This document shows, in pieces, positions 17,426 to 27,683 of a stretch of 64,000 nucleotides of DNA; positions within the stretch are counted from its first letter, which is position 1, and each line of letters starts with the position of its first letter. The notes under the pieces are model-generated. The model saw only the letters and a program-made list of their open reading frames with translations. It did no database searches and was not told the origin of the DNA. Position numbers and translations under genes: made by a program. The DNA comes from a bacterium (lineage in GTDB: Bacteria; Patescibacteriota; UBA1384; 2-12-FULL-50-11), in the NCBI GenBank assembly GCA_021463485.1, contig JAJTYJ010000001.1:1378-65377 (forward strand), given 5' to 3'.

Positions 17426-20011
17426 CTACTGGCGGTGATGCGGCGCGTTAATTAAGCCGCATTTTTTATACTTGTAGACCTTACCCGTAACTGGATCGAT
17501 CGCTCCGCACGGGCACGGATCGTTTCGACCGATTTTATTTGTTTGGCTTTGGGGCTGAGTAACTTCTTCCTGCTTATTGTACGCCACCCTCTGATTCGTC
17601 TGCTGCTCTGGGGGCGCGGAACCGACGTTGACGTGTAGAAGCATTTCAACAATTTGTCGATTAATCGTATCCTGGAGCTCAGAAAATATTCGGTAGGCTT
17701 GTTGTTTATACTCTACGAGCGGTTCACGCTGACCGTACGCTTGTAACCCGATACTCTCACGTAAATCTTCGAGGTTTTTAAGATGCTCAACCCAAAGTAC
17801 GTCGATAGCGCGCAATACTACAGCTCGCTCAACTTCAAATCGTAGCTGCGTTCCCCAATCTTTCGAACGAGCTTCGTACGACTTTTGCTGCTCTTCAGTG
17901 AAAAGCTGTACTAGCTCATCGTGAAATTCGATGGCCGCTTCGTCGCTAAACGTTGATCGGACTATCCGCTCTCGACGCCGATAGATCGCTTCGCGATGCT
18001 TGTTCATAACGTCGTCGTATTCAACAAGTTGTTTACGAATATCGAAGTTGTGAGTCTCCACCTTTGACTGGGCTTGTTCGATGGCCCTTGAGAGAAGTTT
18101 GTTATTGATACTCAGGTCTTCTGGGATATTAAGCCTTTCCATAATCGCTTTCATTCGATCGCCGCCGAAAATTCTCATTAAATCGTCCTCCATCGAGACA
18201 AAGAACTGACTAACACCTGGGTCGCCTTGACGGCCGGCTCGACCACGCAGCTGATTGTCGATACGTCGCGACTCGTGTCGTTCGGTACCGATTACGTATA
18301 ATCCCCCTCTTTCCAATATCTCTTGGTGTCGCTTCTCCCAGATCGTAAATTCTTGTTTGGGCGCATCGCTCGACGGCGGTGGACCGCCCAGTACGATGTC
18401 GACGCCACGACCAGCCATATTAGTCGCAACCGTTACCGACCCAGGCAGTCCAGCTTCGGCTACGATCTCGCCTTCTTTCTGATGGAATTTAGCGTTAAGA
18501 ACGCGGTGCTCAATTTTTTCGCTTTTCAGTAGTTTGCTGATCACTTCAGACTTGGCGATCGAGACTGTTCCAATTAACACCGGTTGACCGTTTTGCTGCA
18601 ACTCCCGAACTAATTCCGCTACTGCCTTAAATTTTGCTCTCTCTGTTTTATACACTACATCAGCTAAATCGCGTCGCTGCGACGGCCGATTTGTCGGTAT
18701 CGAAACAACTTCTAGGTGGTAAATCTTCGAGAATTCTTCTGCTTCCGTGCTTGCTGTTCCGGTCATACCGGCAAGCTTGAAGTAGAGTCGGAAGTAGTTT
18801 TGGAATGTAATCGTAGCGAGCGTAACCGACTCCTCTTGTACTATCACCCCTTCTTTAGCTTCAATCGCCTGGTGAAGTCCACTTGAGTATCGACGCCCGT
18901 GCAGTAATCGCCCAGTAAATTCATCAACAATAACTATCTGCCCGTCTTTAACTACATAATCCTTATTTTTCTTAAATAAAGCATATGCTTTTAAGCTCGT
19001 ATCAGCATAATGGACCAGTTGGGCATTAGAAGGATCGTAGAGGTTGTTAACACCGGCTGCTTTCTCGAGTTTCTGTATACCTTCGTTGGTTAGCGACGCG
19101 CTTTTGGCTTTCTCATCTACGATAAAGTCTGTTTGTGGTTTTAATGTTTTAATGTGTTTGGCAAATTCTTTATAATAGCCAGCTGATTCTGATGATGGTG
19201 CCGAGATTATCAACGGCGTTCGAGCTTCATCAATTAAAATTGAGTCTACTTCATCCACAATAGCATATGCTAGTTCTCTTTGTACAAGCTGCCTTGCATC
19301 CTGAAGCATGTTGTCGCGAAGGTAGTCAAAACCGTACTCATTATTTGTGCCGTAGGTAATGTCGGCAGCGTACGCTTCACGTCGCTCGACTGGGCGCAAC
19401 CGCTGAAGTCTCCAGTCGTTCTCGCCGTTATCGAAAGAGGAATCGTAAACAAAAGAAAACTGCGGTCCGATTACACCAACAGTTAGTCCAAGGAAGTCGT
19501 AAATTTGGCTCATCCACCCCGCGTCTCGGCGGGCAAGGTAATCGTTGACTGTAACCAAGTGAACGCCAAGTCCTGTCAACGCGTTAAGGTAAAGTGGCAA
19601 CGTCGCTACTAATGTCTTACCTTCTCCTGTCTGCATCTCAGCGATCTGCCCTTGATGGAGAACGACGCCACCGATAATCTGAACGTCGTAGTGTCGCAAC
19701 CCGAGTGTTCGTTTAGAAGCCTCTCGCACTAACGCAAAAGCATATGCTAATTCTGGTTCAAGTATATTGTTTATCAACTTCTTACGAGTTGTGTTTTGTT
19801 CGACACGGTCAGAAATGGGTTCAGTTTCGGCGATCACCGTAGCCACTGCTACCCTGATCTTGTCGCGCAACTCAAGCGACTGTTTGCGCAACTCTGCATC
19901 CGTTTTCTTCTCTAGAACTGGTTCGAGTGCGTTAACTTCGTCAACAGCTTTCTGATATTTGCTGACTTCTTTCTCGTTTGGGTCACCAAAAATTTTTTGA
20001 AAAAAACCCAT
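17426..20011 (-). CDS. secA: Preprotein translocase ATPase SecA
   Basis: MQTGEGKT, DEVDSILIDEARTPLIIS, ATNMAGRG, GRAGRQGDPG; start set at ATG 20011 (MGFFQKIF). Confidence 0.98.
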   Translation of the reverse strand: MGFFQKIFGDPNEKEVSKYQKAVDEVNALEPVLEKKTDAELRKQSLELRDKIRVAVATVIAETEPISDRVEQNTTRKKLINNILEPELAYAFALVREASKRTLGLRHYDVQIIGGVVLHQGQIAEMQTGEGKTLVATLPLYLNALTGLGVHLVTVNDYLARRDAGWMSQIYDFLGLTVGVIGPQFSFVYDSSFDNGENDWRLQRLRPVERREAYAADITYGTNNEYGFDYLRDNMLQDARQLVQRELAYAIVDEVDSILIDEARTPLIISAPSSESAGYYKEFAKHIKTLKPQTDFIVDEKAKSASLTNEGIQKLEKAAGVNNLYDPSNAQLVHYADTSLKAYALFKKNKDYVVKDGQIVIVDEFTGRLLHGRRYSSGLHQAIEAKEGVIVQEESVTLATITFQNYFRLYFKLAGMTGTASTEAEEFSKIYHLEVVSIPTNRPSQRRDLADVVYKTERAKFKAVAELVRELQQNGQPVLIGTVSIAKSEVISKLLKSEKIEHRVLNAKFHQKEGEIVAEAGLPGSVTVATNMAGRGVDIVLGGPPPSSDAPKQEFTIWEKRHQEILERGGLYVIGTERHESRRIDNQLRGRAGRQGDPGVSQFFVSMEDDLMRIFGGDRMKAIMERLNIPEDLSINNKLLSRAIEQAQSKVETHNFDIRKQLVEYDDVMNKHREAIYRRRERIVRSTFSDEAAIEFHDELVQLFTEEQQKSYEARSKDWGTQLRFEVERAVVLRAIDVLWVEHLKNLEDLRESIGLQAYGQREPLVEYKQQAYRIFSELQDTINRQIVEMLLHVNVGSAPPEQQTNQRVAYNKQEEVTQPQSQTNKIGRNDPCPCGAIDPVTGKVYKYKKCGLINAPHHRQ

Positions 20012-20015
20012 TAAA

Positions 20016-21218
20016 TTACTTGAGCTCACTCGGAAGGTTGACAGTACCGTCTTCTTCTTGGTTATTCTCAATCAGTGCTAAAAGTAGACGTTCGGTCGCT
20101 AGAGTACCGTTTAGCGTATGTGCGAGTACGGTCGTTTGACCGTCTGAAACTTTTGTTTTTAACAACCGTGCTTGAAAATCACCGCAGTTACTCGCCGAAT
20201 GGGTTTCGCGGTACTGACCTTGCGACGGAAACCATGTCTCGATATCGATTTGCTTCATTGCAATATGGCTTTGGTCGCCGCTCGAAAGTAGTACTTTTTG
20301 ATATGGCAGATTGAACCGCGAGACAAACTCTTCCTGCATAGAAACGATAAGTTCGTGCTCTTTTTCTGAATCATCCGGGTGGCAGATCGAGACTAGCTCT
20401 ACTTTGTCAAATTGGTGCATGCGAAACATTCCTTTAACGTCACGACCGTACGAACCGGCCTCTTTACGGAAACAACTTGAGTAACCAACGAAGCGCATTG
20501 GTAAATCGTTCCGGTTATAAGTTTTATTCGCCGCGAGCATTAGTAACATCGGCTCCGATGTCCCAACTAGGTATTGATCGTCCCCAACCCGAAACGTGTC
20601 TTCCGCACCACGCGGGAAGAACCCGGTCGAAAGCAGCGTCTCGCCGCGACTAATTACAGGTGGCACGACGTAGGTGAAACCTTTCGACTCGGCGAACGCG
20701 ATTGCAGTGGTGAATAGTTGTCGATGCGCTTTTGCCGCTTCACCGATCAAATAACGGAAACGTGCGCCGCTCGCTTTGGCGGCCGATTCTAGATCGAGCC
20801 AACCAAGGTCCTTCATTATTTCCTCGTGCGGCCGACCGTCTTTAACTGTAATCTTGCCGTTGGTAGCTAATACTTTATTACTCGTAGCATCCTTACCAAC
20901 TGGTACGTCTGGCGCGAGTATATTCGGTAGTACCGAGACGGCAGAGTGCAACTCAAGCTGACATTCGCGTACCTCGCCCTCAGCCTGATCGATCATTTTT
21001 TTCAAAGCTACTAACCTCGAGCGATGCTCTTGGGCTGACTGTTTAGTTTTGGTGAGACCGTTTCGCTCGGCCTGCAATGCCTCGAGTTTTTGTACGGCTG
21101 TGCGCCACTGTAGATCAAGTTTTAATAAGGAGTCGACAACATCGGGGTTATCGTTACGCTTCCTTAACGTCTCTTTTATCTCTTCTGGTTTACTGCGAAG
21201 TAACGCGATATCAATCAT
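20016..21218 (-). CDS. serS: Serine--tRNA ligase
   Basis: N-terminal coiled coil, GTSE, FRKEAG..G.D..G..R.HQF.KVE, HTLNGT. Confidence 0.97.
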   Translation of the reverse strand: MIDIALLRSKPEEIKETLRKRNDNPDVVDSLLKLDLQWRTAVQKLEALQAERNGLTKTKQSAQEHRSRLVALKKMIDQAEGEVRECQLELHSAVSVLPNILAPDVPVGKDATSNKVLATNGKITVKDGRPHEEIMKDLGWLDLESAAKASGARFRYLIGEAAKAHRQLFTTAIAFAESKGFTYVVPPVISRGETLLSTGFFPRGAEDTFRVGDDQYLVGTSEPMLLMLAANKTYNRNDLPMRFVGYSSCFRKEAGSYGRDVKGMFRMHQFDKVELVSICHPDDSEKEHELIVSMQEEFVSRFNLPYQKVLLSSGDQSHIAMKQIDIETWFPSQGQYRETHSASNCGDFQARLLKTKVSDGQTTVLAHTLNGTLATERLLLALIENNQEEDGTVNLPSELK

Positions 21219-21263
21219 CGGTCAAAGTGTAACAGACCTTACCTGGAGTATTCCAGAGCCCTG

Positions 21264-21725
21264 TCACGCAACCGAAATAATTTCGTAGATAACGGAACCG
21301 TCAGGAGTCTCTACTTTGACTTTGTCTTTAACTTTGTGACCTAGTAAAGCTTGCCCAACTGGCGAATCAACTGAAATTTTGCCCTTTTCCGGATCTGACT
21401 CTGTCGGTCCGACTAGCTCAAAACTATCTTTATCGCCGTCAACACTAAAAGTAACAGTTGTACCGATACCGATCGTACCAGTGTGGTTTTCGGCGACAAC
21501 TTTTGCCTGCTTTAGAACTTGCTCGATTTCCTGGATACGCCCTTCGACAAACGATTGCTCCTCTTTGGCTGATGTGTATTCGGCATTCTCACTCAAATCG
21601 CCGAGCTCTTTTGCTACTTTGATACGATTAACGATCTCTGGTCGTCGGATAGTCGTTAATTCATGCAACTCTTGTTGCAACTTGTCTAAACCCTCTTGTG
21701 TAATAAGAATCTCTTTCTTGGGCAT
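21264..21725 (-). CDS. greA: Transcription elongation factor GreA
   Basis: GDLSENAEY, ISVDSPVGQALLG. Confidence 0.97.
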   Translation of the reverse strand: MPKKEILITQEGLDKLQQELHELTTIRRPEIVNRIKVAKELGDLSENAEYTSAKEEQSFVEGRIQEIEQVLKQAKVVAENHTGTIGIGTTVTFSVDGDKDSFELVGPTESDPEKGKISVDSPVGQALLGHKVKDKVKVETPDGSVIYEIISVA

Positions 21726-21954
21726 AGTGCTCTCCTACATCAGTGGCGGCAATAAAAAAAATAAAACGCCGACCAACTTGTTAATTACTAATACAGAAAT
21801 TCTAGCGCATCCGCCCCTTCTGTCAATACTCTACCTTCCAATACTCTGTAATTTCGTTAATTTGTAACAAATTACAAATCGTGCCGCTCGAAAGCTATAC
21901 AATAAGAACACGTTGTCATAGGTTAAAGAACGGTAAACGACTATACTTCTTGAG

Positions 21955-23571
21955 ATGAGAGATGAACAAACGCCAAAATCTACAGCACTCTGGGAACAGT
22001 GGCTACAGCGCTTGAGCGGAATAGAGCATCACGAAGCGGATCTCTTCCGAGTAGAACTGCTCGAATTAGTAGCCGACAGCCTAACTGACACCGATCAATT
22101 CTTTACAAGATTTGGAACGATTGCCCAACGATGCCTAGCGGTTCCGGTTTTACTTGTGCAAAGAACCGATAAGAATCAGGTTTTATTCTCTAATATTAAC
22201 CGCGCTCGCGAAGCTAAAATCGTTCAAGTACTGCCAGGGTCATCAGAATCAAACAATACACTGACTGAACGACGCCTTAAAACAGCGATCGCGACTGATT
22301 TCTTAGAAGAGCCGCTACGAATTATCTATCAATTACCGCTCCAGCACGGGCAATCACCAATCCTATTAACTCTGTTAACTACCAATCCAATTAGCGTTGA
22401 AAAAAGGAAGTATTTGCATTTCGTCAATTTACTACTAGGAATTCGGCGACGACGGCAGCTTTTGCAAAATCAGCTAGCTCAAGAGCAACAGCGACTTGCT
22501 GCCCTTACCCATCATTTGAGCGAGGGGTTGATCGTATTAACGCAACAATTAGATATAACAATATGGAATCGGCCGCTCTACCGACTTACTGGCTATTCCG
22601 TCAAAGAAACTCTAGGCAAACCCCTAACAGATTTCCTCCAGATTCCTGGCAACAATCGCTGGCTAACTTCGTTAATTGCAGAGTATGGCCCGCAGACAAC
22701 CAAAAATACGTTCGCCAGCGACGTACAAATATTAACTAAGCAGCGACAAACGAAGTGGGTTAATATTTCCGGCTCGTTCATCCGAGATGATAACGGGGAG
22801 ATAACTCAAACTATCATTTTGGTTCGAGATATCTCTCATCTTAAAGAGCTAGAGCAGCGCAAGAACGAATTTATCTCTATCGCCACCCACGAACTTCGTA
22901 CGCCCATCACCGCTGTAAAGGGTTACTTAAGCTTACTTAGTAAAGACACGAGTACCTTCAGCGAAAAACAGTCTGGTTACTTGGCACGAGCAACTGAAGC
23001 GAGCGAGCGGTTAGTTCGATTAGCTGAGGATTTACTAGAAGTAGTGAGAGTCGAAGAGAACCGTATGCAGTTTACGATTAGACCGGTTGACGTTTCGTTA
23101 GTTATTAAGAAAGTCTGTAACGATTTTAGTAGTAAGGCCACCCAAAAGAATGTGGAGATTAACTTCACAGCGCCGGCCGAGCGTGTTCTAATTGCTGCTG
23201 ATCGCATTAGGGTCGAGCAGGTTTTTGCAAACCTGATCGATAACGCCCTGAAGTACACCAAAAGAGGTGGTGTAACTATTACACTGTCCCATCCAATTAC
23301 CGCTAATAAGCGGTTCGTTTCCGTTGAGATTAAAGACACCGGTGTTGGCATCGACCAAAAGGACATCGCCGGCATCTTCGAAAAGTTCCATCGCACCAGA
23401 ACCGCTGCCACGAGCCGGGAGTCGGGCGTCGGCCTGGGTTTGTACATTGTAAAATCGTTCATTGAAAAACAAGGCGGAACGATTACTGTCCAGAGTAGGG
23501 TCGGTCGCGGCAGTACGTTTACAGTTACTTTCCCGGCACTAAAAACTAATAAGAAAACTAGAAAGAAATAA
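21955..23571 (+). CDS. Cytoplasmic PAS-domain sensor histidine kinase
   Basis: PAS region, H-box THELRTPIT, NLIDNALKY, DTGVGI, GVGLGLYIV. Confidence 0.93.
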   Translation: MRDEQTPKSTALWEQWLQRLSGIEHHEADLFRVELLELVADSLTDTDQFFTRFGTIAQRCLAVPVLLVQRTDKNQVLFSNINRAREAKIVQVLPGSSESNNTLTERRLKTAIATDFLEEPLRIIYQLPLQHGQSPILLTLLTTNPISVEKRKYLHFVNLLLGIRRRRQLLQNQLAQEQQRLAALTHHLSEGLIVLTQQLDITIWNRPLYRLTGYSVKETLGKPLTDFLQIPGNNRWLTSLIAEYGPQTTKNTFASDVQILTKQRQTKWVNISGSFIRDDNGEITQTIILVRDISHLKELEQRKNEFISIATHELRTPITAVKGYLSLLSKDTSTFSEKQSGYLARATEASERLVRLAEDLLEVVRVEENRMQFTIRPVDVSLVIKKVCNDFSSKATQKNVEINFTAPAERVLIAADRIRVEQVFANLIDNALKYTKRGGVTITLSHPITANKRFVSVEIKDTGVGIDQKDIAGIFEKFHRTRTAATSRESGVGLGLYIVKSFIEKQGGTITVQSRVGRGSTFTVTFPALKTNKKTRKK

Positions 23572-23987
23572 TGAAAAAAATACTACTTGTTGAAGACGAA
23601 CCACTATTAATCGACTTATATAAGGAGGCTTTTAGCGAAGACGTTTTTGATTTACACGTCGCCACTACTGGCAGTGAAGGGCTGAAGGCCGCTAGATCTA
23701 ACCCCGATTTAATACTGCTCGATATTTTACTACCTGAGATGAACGGTTTTGAAGTGCTACGATCGATCAAAGCTAATAGTAAAACGAAGCACATCCCAGT
23801 TATTGTTCTCACTAACCTAGGTAGCGAGCAGACCGATAAAGACAAACAGCTTGCTTTATCGCTTGGAGCGATCGACTACTTAGTGAAGTCGTATCACACT
23901 CCAGATGAACTAGTTTCCATCGTTAAAAAACTACTAAAAATTACCCTCCAACAAACGAAGAATTCAACTAGCCAAAAATCTGCCTGA
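23571..23987 (+). CDS. Stand-alone response regulator (receiver domain only)
   Basis: ILLVEDE, PDLILLDILLPEMNG, VLTN, DYLVK; no output domain. Confidence 0.93.
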   Translation: MKKILLVEDEPLLIDLYKEAFSEDVFDLHVATTGSEGLKAARSNPDLILLDILLPEMNGFEVLRSIKANSKTKHIPVIVLTNLGSEQTDKDKQLALSLGAIDYLVKSYHTPDELVSIVKKLLKITLQQTKNSTSQKSA

Positions 23988-25119
23988 ATCTCAGGGCTAT
24001 ATACAGCGAGACGGCGTCCTCAAAACTTCTCGGATCCTTACCGAGTAATTCCTCAATTTTATCCAGGCGATAAATTACAGTGTTGCGATGGACCTTCAGT
24101 ATCTCTGCAGTCTGAGTAAGATTTAGGTTTGCATTAAGAAACGCTTGAAGTGTCACAAGCAGCTCTTCGTCGTTCAACTTTCGCAGAACCTCCTCAGCAA
24201 ACGTTCTTTTGCTCTCGGTGGAGTTCGAGAGGAGCATTGGGATAATCCCAAGCCCTTCCTTGCGGTACACTTTTTTACTCGGGTCTACACGCTCGCCGAT
24301 CTCAAGAATTTCTACCGCCTCACGAGCGCTCGGTATAAGCTCGTCGATCGAATTTGCGGCGCTACTAATTGAAACTTTTACATCAGTGATGTGCACGTTC
24401 TTTAATGCATCAGTAATCTCTGAGAGATGTGTCGTAATAAGTTCGCAGAATCTCTGGTAGTCAGTTGTTGAGAGATCTTTCAGCACCAAAAACGAGTCAT
24501 TGCCTATATAACCGATAACGTTATCTTGATTTTTACTAAAAAAACTAGTTAACGCTTGTTCGATATCGTGTTTTTTGGCGGCAATTAAATTTTGTTTTTC
24601 TCCTAACGGCTGCCCGACGCTTTGCAGATAATTATCCCAAAATCCGCTAAGCTTCAAAACCATACTCGCTCGTTGTAAATCGAGCCGAAATCCGAGTGCT
24701 GCCATCTGCTGCTCAAGCTCTTCTGCATCGATCGTACTCGGACGGTACGCCAATCGAGTCATCAATAAATCGACCGCATCTGGTTTTGGTTTGTGAGTAT
24801 CTACAAATTGTTGGATGATCAATTCTGCTAGACTCAGCAACACTTGAATAGTTTGGCTGTCCTCCTCTGAAGTTTCGATAACGAGTAACCCGGACAACTT
24901 CCCTTGCTGAAACAGCGGTAAGGCTCGGAGATGGGTTTTACCGTCGACGGCAACAGAGCGTTTTTCTGGAGAAATCGTATCTCGAATCGGGAACTCCTTA
25001 ATTGGGGAAAAATCGTTAGCGCTCGGGTAAGGTTTACCGTTGCGATCGATAATCGCAATCGATCTAGTGATGACTTGCTTTATTTGCTGATACAGTTGTT
25101 GTACTAGTAGCGGTGACAT
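23968..25119 (-). CDS. CdaR/PucR-family transcriptional regulator
   Basis: C-terminal HTH TAEILKVHRNTVIYRLDKIEELLG; N-terminal sensor-like region. Confidence 0.9.
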   Translation of the reverse strand: MSPLLVQQLYQQIKQVITRSIAIIDRNGKPYPSANDFSPIKEFPIRDTISPEKRSVAVDGKTHLRALPLFQQGKLSGLLVIETSEEDSQTIQVLLSLAELIIQQFVDTHKPKPDAVDLLMTRLAYRPSTIDAEELEQQMAALGFRLDLQRASMVLKLSGFWDNYLQSVGQPLGEKQNLIAAKKHDIEQALTSFFSKNQDNVIGYIGNDSFLVLKDLSTTDYQRFCELITTHLSEITDALKNVHITDVKVSISSAANSIDELIPSAREAVEILEIGERVDPSKKVYRKEGLGIIPMLLSNSTESKRTFAEEVLRKLNDEELLVTLQAFLNANLNLTQTAEILKVHRNTVIYRLDKIEELLGKDPRSFEDAVSLYIALRFRQIFG

Positions 25120-25218
25120 GTTCCCCCTTTATATGTTTATACAAAAAAATATACTAATTTAGTATCTGTAAACCAGAATATCTAAATAAGTAAGTAAATA
25201 AACTGTATGTTTATACAA

Positions 25219-27201
25219 TTATTCCGTTGTGACCGCTGGAACAATTGGCGTTAACGGTAATCGAAAATACTGCTCAAAGATATTTTTCGCAACTGGAGCG
25301 GCTACAGAGAATCCTTCACCACCACCCTCTACGATAACCGAAATAGCGATCTCAGGATTATCGAACGGCGCAAAAGCAGTAAACCAAGAGTGGGTTTTCT
25401 CTTTCCCAATACTAAACTGTGCTGTGCCGGTTTTTGCTGCAATCGGGATCGGTAACGTTAAAAACGAGCGCGCCGAGCCACTAAGAACTGTTTGTCTCAT
25501 CCCTTCTCGAACGACCGAGAGCGCTTCCGAGCTCACAATCTGATTAGCTTGTTGTTTTGGCGCAAAGTCTCTAGTTTCAGTTTCGTCTGACGAGAGGACC
25601 GACTTAATAAACTTGGGTTGGTAGAGTGTGCCGCCATTAGCGATGGCAGCAGTTGCACGCGTTAACTGGAGCGGCGTAAGCAGAAAGTCTCCCTGCCCAA
25701 TCGCCAAATTGTAGGTGTCGCCGATATACCACGACTCCTTTTTCACCTTCTTTTTCCAATCCGGCCTCGGCACTATGCCTTTAGTCTCCCCTGGAAGGTC
25801 GACACCAGTTGACTTACCAAAACCGAATTTTTCGAGATAATTTGCTAGTCGTTCAACTCCGAGCCCACCGATATTCTTATGGCCGCCGCCGATAGTGTAA
25901 AAGAAAATGTTATTACTCTCAGCAATTGCCTGTTTCACGTCGGCCACGCCATGCGTCTTCCAGTCTGGAAACGTCCACTGGCCGATAGTGATTTTACCTT
26001 CTGATGTGTCGATCTTTGTCGTCGGTGTAATCACTTTTTCTTGCAACGCTGCGGCAGCAACTACCGGCTTAATTGTTGAGCCAGACGGATACTGGCCGCT
26101 AATTGCACGGTTAACTAATGGCGAAAGTGGATTAGCTAGTACCGCTTTTCGCTGCTCTTGGTCGACGGCTCTTGAAAAAATATTGTTATCAAAGAAAGGC
26201 GCGCTCACCATCGCTAATATGTCACCGCTTCTCGGATCAAGTGCAACGGCGGCGCCGCTGGTTGCGCCGTTTTTCTCGATCGCTTCTTGGAGCGATTTTG
26301 CCGCCACTTCTTGAACAGCAGCGTCGATCGTTAATACTAGAGTCTGGCCGGGTCTGGCCGGCTGAACGCCGACAGATCGAATTTTCCGACCAAGCGAATC
26401 GACTTCGAGCGTTTCGATGCCGGGACGTCCTTGCAATTCACGATCGTACGTTTGCTCTAATCCAGTCTTGCCAACGAGCGATGTCGGCAAGAGATCGTCT
26501 CGTTGCTCTAGATCATCAGCGTCAACTTTACCGATGTAGCCTAATATGTGGCCGAGACCGGGAACCGACGAGTAAAGACGGCTAGGGGTTTTAACGACAT
26601 CAACTCCCTCAATACCATTAAGACGGAGCTCAACAGAAAGCGCTGTTTCTCGATCTAACCCTTCCAATAGCGTCACGGCATCTCTGGTTTTGGTCTCTTC
26701 TACTGTTTTTTTGAAAACAGTAGATTCTATTTTGAGTGCGCTCGACACCCGAGTAATAAATTCTTCTCTCAATTCTTTTTTGTTTGGTACTTCTTGAGGA
26801 GAAAGAACAACAGAAAAATTTGGAACGTTTTTGACAAGAACAACGCCGTTACGATCAAGGAATAACCCCCGAGCCGGAATCACTGCTTCAGCTTTAAGTC
26901 TATTACCTTCTGCAAGTTGATAGTTGGCTTGCCCCTGAGATATTTGTAGCACCGTCAACCGCAAGACAACACCAGCAACAATTAGCACAAGAATGAGTTT
27001 AAACGGCATAAACTGACGTCGTTGCATTACTTGTTCGGAGAAAAAAGGATCAGCCTCTTCGGCGATTCGATCAAAGCTTTGCTCGTCGTCAACTTTCTTT
27101 ACAGAAGCAATTGGTAAAAACGGGTCAAATAACCCCGTATCTGAAGATCTCAGATTTTGCTTACCGAATAACTGCTGTAACCATCGAAAAAAACTTTTCA
27201 T
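25219..27201 (-). CDS. mrdA: Penicillin-binding protein 2
   Basis: STIK, SNN and KTGTAQ catalytic motifs; follows mreBCD. Confidence 0.95.
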   Translation of the reverse strand: MKSFFRWLQQLFGKQNLRSSDTGLFDPFLPIASVKKVDDEQSFDRIAEEADPFFSEQVMQRRQFMPFKLILVLIVAGVVLRLTVLQISQGQANYQLAEGNRLKAEAVIPARGLFLDRNGVVLVKNVPNFSVVLSPQEVPNKKELREEFITRVSSALKIESTVFKKTVEETKTRDAVTLLEGLDRETALSVELRLNGIEGVDVVKTPSRLYSSVPGLGHILGYIGKVDADDLEQRDDLLPTSLVGKTGLEQTYDRELQGRPGIETLEVDSLGRKIRSVGVQPARPGQTLVLTIDAAVQEVAAKSLQEAIEKNGATSGAAVALDPRSGDILAMVSAPFFDNNIFSRAVDQEQRKAVLANPLSPLVNRAISGQYPSGSTIKPVVAAAALQEKVITPTTKIDTSEGKITIGQWTFPDWKTHGVADVKQAIAESNNIFFYTIGGGHKNIGGLGVERLANYLEKFGFGKSTGVDLPGETKGIVPRPDWKKKVKKESWYIGDTYNLAIGQGDFLLTPLQLTRATAAIANGGTLYQPKFIKSVLSSDETETRDFAPKQQANQIVSSEALSVVREGMRQTVLSGSARSFLTLPIPIAAKTGTAQFSIGKEKTHSWFTAFAPFDNPEIAISVIVEGGGEGFSVAAPVAKNIFEQYFRLPLTPIVPAVTTE

Positions 27202-27683
27202 AATCTTCGCCCCAACCAGCGCTGTAGTAATTTATATCGAACAGCAAACACATAGTACACCAGCGATCCAAACAGAATACTGTAAAAAAGTGAGAAGATT
27301 GCAGCTGTTGTGAGGATTTGACGCGCCGAAAGTGCAATAATTATCTCCCACAACACAAGTTGGAGACCGAGCACTAGTAGCGACTGAGAGAGCGAGGACA
27401 GCTCGAAAAAGCGGTCCTTTAATTGGTTGGTCAGATACGTCAAAAGTACCAACACAGCCACCCAAAACCCAAACGGCAGAAAACTAACGAAATCCAGTGT
27501 TAAACCGAGAATAATCGCCCAACGATACGCGATCTGGATATTTCCAAACCACACAAATGCCCAAATAGTTACTACTACCAAATTTGGTGCGCCGTACCCT
27601 GCGAGCGTAAAGTGACTAACAGGACCGAGCGTCAGACTGGCGACGATTAACGCAGCCAGAACAAGAAAAATATAAATCATCAC
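27198..27683 (-). CDS. mreD: Rod shape protein MreD
   Basis: Hydrophobic; PNL and GL.LD motifs; lies between mreC and mrdA. Confidence 0.8.
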   Translation of the reverse strand: MMIYIFLVLAALIVASLTLGPVSHFTLAGYGAPNLVVVTIWAFVWFGNIQIAYRWAIILGLTLDFVSFLPFGFWVAVLVLLTYLTNQLKDRFFELSSLSQSLLVLGLQLVLWEIIIALSARQILTTAAIFSLFYSILFGSLVYYVFAVRYKLLQRWLGRRL

